DNA from: Vicugna vicugna
Taxonomy: Eukaryota
Assembly: GCA_013265495.1 (NCBI GenBank)
Contig: MU058636.1
Span: 4,003,741-4,067,740, forward strand
Reading direction: 5' to 3'
DNA length: 64,000 bases
The position numbers and the translations under genes were made by a program. Below the pieces are notes generated by a model. The model was not told the origin of the DNA, did not search any database, and saw nothing but the letters and a program-made list of their open reading frames with translations. Positions 40,700-49,690 of this stretch are shown here, piece by piece; position 1 is the first letter of the stretch, and every line of letters starts with the position of its first letter.

Positions 40700-42600
40700 G
40701 GAGGGAGCTGGGGTAGGTGCAAGGAAAAGGGCATAAACCAGTAAACGAATGAATGAACCAGATGATTTCTAATAATGATCAATGCTGTAAAGACACTGAG
40801 AACAGGGAGCTAGAATGGGGTGGGGGCTGGGGACGACTTTGGATGTAGTGGTCAGAGAGCCTCTGAGAAGGTGATGACTGAGTGGAGACTCCACTGAACA
40901 GAGTGAGTCAGGGACGCAAGAACATGTGCAGGGAGTTCTAGGCAGGGGAACAGCAAACGCGAGGGCTCTAATGTGGGGACAGATTGTCAGAAAAACCTGT
41001 GTGATGGCGTAGCTCTCATTGCTGTTATTAGATGTGCAGGTGTTGTCAGATAAACAGCTGCTCTGGCAGTCTGCAGCTCAGAGCAGCCAGGGCAGGAGTT
41101 ATGATATTGGAATTCACCAGCATTTTACAGGTTTTGAAAGCCACAAGACTGGCCAGGATGGTGTAGGGAGAGAAGGAACTAGAGTCAGCCAAGGTGGGAG
41201 GGACTTGGGAGCTGCGGGTGGTGGGGGGCGTGGGAAGTGCTGTGTAAGGGAAGCCAAGGAAAGAGTGTTCTGTGAAGCAAGTGATCAAGGGTCACGTCAC
41301 CAAGAGGTCCACGAAGGGAGGACAGAGAGGTGCCAGTGTGATTTGGCAGTGTGGAAGTGACCTTGACAAGACTGCTCCTAGTAAGTGGGGCAGGATGAGA
41401 GTTGAGATTGTGGAGCGCAATTGTAAACATTTATAGACTGGGAACACGGAACAGTAGCATGCTAGGCTGCAAGTGATGGGGGAGTTCATCCATAGTTAAT
41501 TCTTTTTATGAGTTAACTTAAAGACAAAGAAAGGTAGCTTGAGGGGGAACATGGCATCTTGGGGGTTTGTATTTCAGGACGGGAGATTCTAGGAAATGTC
41601 TTATGAGATGAGATGTGGGTTTGTCACCAGTTGTGGGTTCTGGCCGGCAGAAGTCCCACCGAGACGGAATGAATTACTCGAGACTGCGTGGAAAAAGTCA
41701 AGAGAGCGAGAGGGAGTCGGGAGCCAATTCCACGAACCTCTCAAATGCTCCTACATTTATGGTATGCAATCAAAGGAGAAATCACTAACAGTTGTGTGAT
41801 GGAATGCAGGAATTTAGGGAAAGACAGGGTGGGATCGAGATTGTAGAGTCTGACTCAAGGTCAGAAGACCCTTTATGTTTTGGTAAATCATGTTTGTGTT
41901 GGCACCAGCGAAGCTTACAGCTTATCAGGGTGGAACGTATGAGAAGCAGCTGCTTAACAACATTTTTTTTGGACTCAGGCAGCTGTTCCTTTCTTAGGTT
42001 GCCCCCTCTCTGGGGATCTTACCCGTCATTGGCTAACCAGCCTTCTCACCTCTGAGTCTGCAGCTTTTTATAACTTGTTTACCATTCCAGCCCAAGACTT
42101 GTTCCTTTGTTCCCACAATGGGGGGGGGGGGCTACAGTTTATCTTTAGGGAAGTCATGGGAAGAGGGAACAAGATACATCCTTATAGATATGTTAGAGCA
42201 GACCACCAGACCAGCCAGTTCCTTGTTTTGGGTAAGTGTATCTAACAGCAGGCACGCCCAGCGTTTATAGCTGAGGGCCTGGGTCCTTGCTTGCAACGAG
42301 CAGAGTGCTATCTAAAACCTCAACTGTGTAAGCAAGGCAGTTACTAAGCACATTTGCTCTTCTTTAAGGAGACAAGTGTCTGGGGTCTGTTACAATTGGT
42401 AAACCCAACCATGGGCTCCCACAATGAGAATGATCAAGTTGAGAGGGAGGATGACTGCACTGGCAGTCCTGGCGTCAAGGCAGGGAACCCAGTGCGCAGC
42501 GGAGGGCTGGACAGGAGGGTTTGCTGTCAAACGGGGCGACAGTGTAGGCACAGAGGAAGATTTTCAGATGTGCTGATGCGAAGATAGGGGTGTTTCCATC
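40700..42600 (-). mobile_element. L2 fragments, split by the LTR at 41614-42423
   Basis: gtggtcagagagcctctgagaaggtgatgactgag; ggaagccaaggaaagagtgttc; gatttggcagtgtggaagtgaccttgacaag. Confidence 0.6.
41614..42423 (-). mobile_element. Solo LTR, ERVK/class II-like, 810 bp
   Basis: TGTGGG...CCCACA terminal inverted repeat; perfect 6-bp TSD ATGAGA at 41608-41613 and 42424-42429; strand assigned from similarity to the LTR at 45774-46184. Confidence 0.85.
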
Positions 42601-42689
42601 TGATCACTTCTGTTGAGTGTGAGACAATGTTACTTGCTGAGAGTGTTTGACTTTTTACATAGGGTTGCTCTTACGGAAACCACAACATC

Positions 42690-42940
42690 AATACTAATAA
42701 CAATGACAACCATTTATATAATGCTCACTGTGCTTGGCACAATTCCAAGTATTTCACATACTGAGTTATTTAATCCTCACAGTAACCCTTTCAAATGAGT
42801 ACTAGGATCTTCCTCAATTTACATGGGAGGTACCTGAAGCACAGAGAGATTAAGTAACCAGCTTAGGGTCACACAGCTGGTAAGTAAGTGGCAGAGCTGA
42901 GTTTTAAACTCAGACATTTTGGCTCTAGAGTTTATTCAAT
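42690..42940 (-). mobile_element. MIR SINE, near full length
   Basis: accatttatataatgctcactgtgcttggcac...ttatttaatcctcacagtaaccct...gaagcacagagagattaagtaacc...ggtcacacagctggtaag. Confidence 0.85.
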
Positions 42941-43199
42941 TAATCTCTGAACTCTTTCACCTCTACCAAGAACATGTAGCCTCTCCCCAGGCTGACAGTA
43001 TGTCTAGTTCTAAAACACTAGCATAGGTAAAGATGACCAAGAATGCAAGAGTTGACCATGAAGTAATCCTGTAAGATAGATTAAAGGCAAATAAATCAAA
43101 TAAATATACATCAAATAAATTTTAGAAGCAGTATGTACTAGGAGGTTTAAAAAGGAAAAAACTGGCTACTTGAAACTGAATTTTGAAATTTTGTACCAG

Positions 43200-43800
43200 A
43201 ACTCTGGGAAACAGCACATCCAGTAAGGGTGAAGATCCTTACTTTCTGACCCCAGAGTTCCCTCAGGCGTGTACCCCAGTGAGACACTCACACACGTGTG
43301 CTGAGAAGCGTGGACAAGAATGTTCACAGCAGTGTGCACAATTCAGGACAGTGGAAAGCTGGAACCAGCCTGCATGCCCACTGCTTGAAGAATTCATAAG
43401 TTCTGTTACATCTTTACAGGATCACATTATGCTGTGGTTAGTATGAACGAAATACAGCTACATGAGGCACCTCAGTGTTAAGCACATTTTAAAGTCACAG
43501 AACAAACCTTATAGTAGGATTTCCTTCATAGAATTTAAAACTATGCAAAATGAAAAAGTAAACATATCAAGATACACATCTAAAAAATTAAGAAAAGTGA
43601 ATGACAGGCACAAAATTCAAGACAGTAGTTACCCTCTAGGGGAAAGAAAGGGAAACAGGCTGTCAGACACACCGGGGCTCAAAGGTGACGGTAAGTTCTA
43701 GATCTGGAACAGCTCGTGGGTACAGGGCTGTTTATAAGTACTCTGCACACCTGATGCATATGTTATGAATAGTCCCTGTTTGATGTAATTAATGGCAATA
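43200..43800 (+). mobile_element. Old L1 3'-end fragment (L1ME/L1MC-like)
   Basis: caagaatgttcacagcag...gtggaaagctggaaccagcctgcatgccca...cacaaaattcaagacagtagttaccc. Confidence 0.65.
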
Positions 43801-43849
43801 ACGACTTGATTTAATTAAAAAGCACAAACGCCTTGTTTGGCCCCTGATG

Positions 43850-44810
43850 TGGGTATTATTTTCCTGCATTAACTGTTGTCCCTGCAACAATTTATCACAA
43901 ACTGAGTGACTTGAAAAAACACGACTTATTATCCTGCGTCCTGCCTATGGAACTGGGGAGCCTATCAGCCTTCTTTCATTTCACCCTGTTTTTGTCCCTT
44001 CCTGATCACTCTGGCAGTGCTTCTGCTTACATAACAATCTCAAAAACCTTGTGACTCTCCTGTGTATGTTACGGGGATTCTCGCTACTAGACAAGGAGCT
44101 CCTCCACAGATCTTTCGAGATGCTCTCATCCCTGTCCCTGGCTTCTGCTGAGGCTGGAGGGGCTCCCGGAGTCATCTCTTCAAGGAACCTTCTGTGTGAG
44201 GGAAAACTCTGACCTTCCCCCTTCTCAAGGCACTAGCAACACCTGTGGCTTTCTTTCCAGAGCATGCTTTTCTAATAGTGAATCTCCTCATTTTAGCATC
44301 TTTTACAATGTGGATTAGCTGAAAATTTCCCAAACTATCAAGTTCAGGTTCATTTTTGCTTAACAGTTACCTCGATTTCTCTCTTTCCCCTCAAATTATA
44401 CTATAAACTACAAGAAGAGACCAGGCTGCACATTCAGCATGTTGCTTGGAAATCTCAGGAAAATCTCCAAGTTCACTGCTTACGTGTTCTGCCTTCTACA
44501 TAACTACAGAGCATAATTCAGCTTGACTTTCTGCCACTACATTATAAAGGATCCCCTTCCCTCCAGTTTCCAAAAATATTTTCCTCATTTCCTTCTGAGC
44601 CTTCACCTTCTGAGCAGGGCCCTTAGGGTTCAACTTTCTACCAACCTCCTGTTTATAACAGTATGAGTATTCTCTACAAGGATACAGGCTTTCTCTCCCT
44701 CACTCCTTACTTCCTCCTGAGTCCTCACTGGCAGCACCTTTAACATCCATTTCTACCAAAAGTCTGTTCAGAGCAATAAAGTTTTATTGGCTAGGGAATG
44801 TTGTATGTAG
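43850..44810 (-). mobile_element. MaLR LTR end plus MaLR-internal-like sequence
   Basis: gcaacaatttatcacaaactgagtgacttgaaaaaacacgacttattatcc followed by MLT-int-like sequence. Confidence 0.55.
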
Positions 44811-45056
44811 TTTACTTTATAACTTAGTTTTCCTTTCACAGTGGTAGTAGAGCTATCACATAAGAAACTGTATGGACTGAACTGTAACCCTGCCAAATTT
44901 ATAGGCTGAAGCCCTAACCCCTAATGCGGCTGAATTTGGAGACGGGGTTTTGTAGGCCCCTGCCTGAAGGCTCTAGAGAATAAGCCATGGGCTGAACTGA
45001 TAAATGAGCTGTGAGGAATGTCATGTATCCAGTATGGATGGCTGGATAGCCAATGA

Positions 45057-45520
45057 AAACTAGAAATAATAGTTTTGTCCACTCCTGTGTCTAATAACCC
45101 TGTAAATTGCTTTCCTTGTGTTGAAACTGTTAAAACAGGTCTGTTATTGGTTAATGAATGTGTCCAAAAAGCTTGCTGCCCTGTATGTCCGAAGCCCTTA
45201 TCTCCTCTATTATTTTCAGCAAATTTTTGAGCAGGTAAATAAGGTATTAAAATAATTTGAGCAATTCGAGATTGCTTAGGAATAATGTAATAAGAAGAAT
45301 TTTTCCAGTATAATCATTATCAATAACACCAGGTAAAAGTGTTAACCCTTTTAAGCCCATAGATGATCTCCCTATTAGCAATCCAAAATACCCAGAAAGT
45401 AAAGGTCCCCAAACTCCAGTACAGATTAAGTAGGTTTTATTACTGTCATTTATCAACTCATTATCAATAGTCATTAGCTATAAACTTGCACTCGCAGGGG
45501 AAGCTGTGATGAGGTCAGAA
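45057..45520 (-). pseudogene. Retroviral pro remnant: dUTPase and N-terminal half of aspartic protease (stops, frameshift)
   Basis: Minus-strand translation gives GLLIGRSS, PGVIDNDYTG and RGDKGFGHTG (dUTPase motifs), then FTGLLDTGVDKTII (protease DTG active site). Confidence 0.93.
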
Positions 45521-45752
45521 ATGGTGAGATGGGACTTTGGCTGACAGTGATTTCCTATATTTGTTTTTGAGGGGCACCTGGGAGGGTGCCCTGCTTTGAA
45601 ATAGCCTTTAACAGCTGCTGCAGAAATGGAAATAAATCTTTTGCTGTACTGTCACCTGCTGTTCCATGGTTACATCGTGGCGCGCCTGATAGGCTGAAAA
45701 TCCCCGATATAAATTTGTTTCCTTACTTATTACATGTAGTCGCTGCACTGAT

Positions 45753-45771
45753 ATCATGTCGGGGGTCACCA
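45753..45771 (-). promoter_or_regulatory. Retroviral primer-binding site, tRNA-Trp-like
   Basis: LTR end CA + TT + TGGTGACCCCCGACATGAT vs Trp PBS TGGTGACCCCGACGTGAT (one extra C, one CpG transition). Confidence 0.8.
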
Positions 45772-46639
45772 AATGTCAGTGGCGTGATATCATGTACGCA
45801 CGAACAGCGTGCAGAGAGAAGCAAAGCAGCCTCTGTTTATTGATTCTTAGAAAAGGGTTTATATAGGACATGCACGATGCCTCACATATCATCTAAGTTA
45901 TGACAATGCTAATAATCTTAATTTATTAAGGTCCCCAAGCTCCTGCAGTAAGCACAGGATGTTACACGATTAAGGACAGACTGTTTTAAAGTTCATCATG
46001 AAACTTCATTACGTAGGCCATCTCTCATCCAGCTGCCTGTGCCTGTCTTAGGTTGTCCTCCTCTGAGGATCTTACCCATCACCGGCTAGCCAGCCGTCCA
46101 CACTGGATACATGACATTCCTCACAGCTTGTTTATCAGTTCAGCCCATGGCTTATTCTCTAGAGCCTTCAGGCAGGGGCCTACAGGTTTTTAGGGAGGTA
46201 GTTAAGGTTAAGTGAGGTCATTAAGAGTGGGATCCTAATCTGTCAGGACTGGTGTTCTTACAGAGATCTACAAGACCCCAGAGGTCTCTGTCACTCTCCA
46301 TACACACGAAGGAAAGGCCACACGGGGACACAATGAAAAGGCAGACGTTTACAGGCCAGGAAGAGAAGCCTCACCAGAAACAGAATTGCCAGCACCTCGA
46401 TCACTGACTTCTAGCCTCCATAACTGTGAGAACATACACTTCTGCTGATTAAGGCACCCAGCCTGCAGTATTTTGTTGTGGCAGCCTGAGTAGACTAATA
46501 CATTAATGGACAGTCTTATGTTTGTATACACTTAAATAATGTTACAACGAAAATAATTCAAGCTGACTGGCTGATTCCATGAGCAGTGTTACTTGGAAAA
46601 GCGCCTTTTTATTATTATGTAAATTTGACAAACGGGGCT

Positions 46640-46875
46640 TTGTAGTTAAAATAGGAGAGTGCTGGAGTCCTAATATTTGGGTTTTAATCCTGGCTCTACA
46701 ATTTACTGTGTGATGCTGAACAAGTTAATTAACCTCTCTACCCCTCAGTGTTCTCTTTTGTGAAATATATATAATAATAGCTTCTATCTTTTAGGGCTGT
46801 TGTTGAGGAATATGAGGAAGCTGAGTTAAATGACATAATGAATCAAAATACCTAGCACAGTATATAGAAATCTAC
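46640..46875 (+). mobile_element. MIR SINE
   Basis: tgggttttaatcctggctctacaatttactgtgtgatgctgaacaagttaattaacctctctacccctcagtgttctc. Confidence 0.8.
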
Positions 46876-47484
46876 ATTAAAGCTATGTCTTATATTTAAA
46901 AATTATTCATGCCATTTTGCACCTAATCTTCCTAATTGTGATAAATTTCTCTAGTCAAACATGAAATTATTAATAGAGCCATATATCTAACTTATAATCC
47001 TTATATGCTATTAATAAATAGCTCTTATTACTGAAAAAAAGTTAGACAAAAATAAAGGATAGAGGACATTCTAAAATTTCCAAGCAAAGGAGATTTAATA
47101 AAGCTGCCAATAAGAAATCCCGAGGGGAAAAAAAGAACTTGAGCTAGCCTTAGCAAGATTTAGCTTGGGCTGCTGGTTCTAACAAAGATGTAAATGACTT
47201 GCTTCTAAGTTGCACGCACCTTTGGTGTAGAAGAGGTGTCCTGGGCATCACTTCACACTGTCGTCCAAGGACCCAAAAGATTAGTTAAAAATTCAATTTC
47301 TTTTTCATATTAGGCAATAGAATCATAAAACTCTCTGAAAACATAACACTATAAAATACATTCTTGGACATTTGGGGCACTTTATATCTGTAAAGTATAT
47401 ACCCAAAATTTCAGCTTCCAATTGGGAAGAATATGAGACAGAGCATGGAAACTTTTCACCTAGGTGGAATTTCCGTATGCCACC

Positions 47485-47980
47485 TGTATTAGATTCCCAT
47501 TGCTGCTGTAACAAATTACCACACCTTAGCAATTTAACACAACATAAATTTATCATCTTACAGTTCTGGAGATCAGATGTCTGAAATGGATCTCAGCAGG
47601 CTAATTAAGGGGTTGGCAGGCTCCTTTCCTTCCAGAGCTTCTAGGGGAGAATCCATTTCCTTTGTTTTAAGCACGGAATCTGTTTCCTTGCAGTTTCTGG
47701 AGGCCACCTGCATTCCCTGGCTTCTGGCCCCTTCTTCCACCTTCAAAGACAGCAGCGTATCATCTTGAAACCTTCCTCTCCCTCTGACCCTCCTGCCTCC
47801 CTCTTATCAGGACCCTCATGATTACACTGGATTAAGCTGAATAACCCAGGATAATCTCCCCACCTCGGAATCTTTAACTTAATCATATCTGCACACCTTT
47901 GGCGATGTAAGGTAACACGTTCAAATGTTCTGAGGATATGGATGTGGACACTTCTGGGGGCCATTATTCTGTCCTCCACA
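47485..47980 (-). mobile_element. MaLR solo LTR (MLT1C/D-like)
   Basis: tgtattag...gctgctgtaacaaattaccacac...gggggccattattctgtcctccaca; near-perfect 5-bp TSD CCACC/TCACC. Confidence 0.85.
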
Positions 47981-49310
47981 TCACCCGAGGCTCTGCTGTA
48001 CCTGGCTGGAAGTCAGAGTGACCCAGGTGTGCTTCTGTGAATCAGGCTACATGCATGATTATGCTAAATGTGTGACAAGTGCTTTCTCTGCCAAATCAAT
48101 TCTACACACATTTTGGTATAACTTCAGTGCAACTGACATTGTCCTAAAACCCTGTTTTTAGTTAGAGCTGTACAGGTTTCTCCCTGCCATTACATACAAC
48201 ATTTGGAACTTACAAACTAGAGTCCCCCTGACGCTTCTGTAACAGCTCATCAATGTGTCTGTTTACACATGATTATTACCTCCTGGTGTTCTCACACATT
48301 ATTAGGGAAGGGGGAGTAACTCGGACCAATGTGAGGAAAGGATCGCCTGATGATGGGTTGGAAAACAAAAAATGAAAGCAACCGAAGCCTCTTTCATCAT
48401 GCTGGTACTTCTTGCTACTATCAAATGATAAGATCTTTGGATTAACCCTTAAGATGATCAGTACTTGCTAATTTACAAAATTTCCACAATGGCTCTTTAG
48501 GAACCAAAGGTAAGGGGAAATAACCTTTTGCACGAAGTCATAGCTAAATTAAAAAAAAAAATTCCAACAGTTTTAGAAGCCTTTGCAGAAACTGAGGTCA
48601 TTACCACTTTCAAGGAGGATTCTGTTCCAAGAGATGAACCTAATTGCAATCCCCGCCTCGCATCCAGTGAAAAGTGGGTTATATTTAAACAGGAATGTTC
48701 TGCAAAGCAGAAATTAATGAAGTTCTGCTTTTATATTGTGTGCCATGAATGACACACACCATCATTATAAGACTTATGAATGCATTTCCCTGGGAGGAAA
48801 CCATGGGGGTTCCGAAGAAGAAGATAATGTAACTGCTTTCAAAGTATCCCATTTAAGTCCTATTATTTGCCTTTGAAGGAGAAGAGGAGCAAATACATCA
48901 CTGAAGAAACTGACAAGCCTCCATGGGCAATGTGGTGTCAAACACCAGCTCAAACAGGCCTACAGCGAGGTAGGGAAGTCCGAGTCACGACAGCAGAACA
49001 GTCAGCAGGGGGCGTACAGATCAGAAAATCACGAGCAACTCGGAACTGTGCCCTGGAGGTGCCACTGCCTCGTGAAACTGGGGAGCTGGAATCTCACAAG
49101 GACACGCAGAGAGAAGGGAATGGACTGGACAGGGTGGCTGGTCACTGTAAAACACACAAAAGTCACCCCCGAAAGAGAATTCCACAAGCAGGGAACACCG
49201 AGAACAGGCCTGCGGCCTGGTACACCTTAGCACTGACTGCTGGAGAATTAAAACAAAAAATTGCTGGTCCTTTTACTGGGATCATGTTAAGTATTTTCCA
49301 TCTCTGACAA

Positions 49311-49690
49311 TCAGGTGACACCTCTTGGCCTCTGCCCCCATAGGAACCCCATAACCCGCACTGCGTTTAGAGAGCCCAGCTCCATGGGAGCAGTTCCCAT
49401 ACGGAGAAGGGCCAAGGATGCTGGGGCTCCTCTCCCAAATCCACTGTCCACAGTCACGGTAAAAAGTAATGTTCCCTGGTCCCGCCCAAGCTGCATGAGC
49501 AGGATTTCTATGATAAGCCCACTTAAACATCCCAGTATCCCTAAGTCCTTGAAGAGCTTCCTCCCCTGCAGCCCAGGGCACTGCTGGCATCTGGCCACCT
49601 TAATCCATGTCTCAGACAATCAACCAAAGAGAGCTCTTCCTAGCCCCTCAGCTGAAGCAGTGACTCTAGAGTTTTGCTTCGTGAGCTAAT
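49311..49690 (-). pseudogene. ERVL gag (capsid/MHR region) fossil
   Basis: MPAVPWAAGEEALQGLRDTGMFKWAYH...WAGPGNITF, then after a frameshift RGAPASL...GTAPMELGSLNAV; resembles ERV-L gag PELPW..EEGIQRLREIGMLEW..WEGPEDIPF..RGAPASL (recalled). Confidence 0.75.

Larger units (their letters stand above)
44951..46184 (-). mobile_element. Internally deleted class II (beta-like) ERV: 5' LTR, PBS, gag end, dUTPase-protease, then an inverted partial LTR
   Basis: LTR 45774-46184 (TG...CA, TATATAAA 45858-45865, AATAAA 45836-45841 on minus); PBS 45753-45771; inverted U3 copy 44951-45056; TSD GGTTT at 44946-44950 and 46185-46189. Confidence 0.92.
44869..46502 (+). mobile_element. MaLR LTR (MLT1A/MST-like), split by the ERV at 44951-46184
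   Basis: 5' part tgtatggactgaactg...ttggagacggggttt continues as tagggaggtagttaaggttaagtgaggtca...gcagcctgagtagactaataca. Confidence 0.85.

Noticed and set aside
41632..42136. Separate LTR nested inside the 810-bp LTR (second TGTGGG to CTACA)
   Set aside because: Its flanks (ccagt / gttta) do not form a TSD, whereas the outer boundaries have a perfect 6-bp TSD.
45247..45474. Functional dUTPase gene
   Set aside because: Motif 1 contains a stop (SASL*L) and motif 5 is in another frame, so it is a pseudogene.
44951..46184. Genuine DNA transposon or MITE, based on terminal inverted repeats plus TSD
   Set aside because: The inverted repeats are LTR U3 sequence and the interior is PBS plus retroviral dUTPase/protease; there is no transposase.
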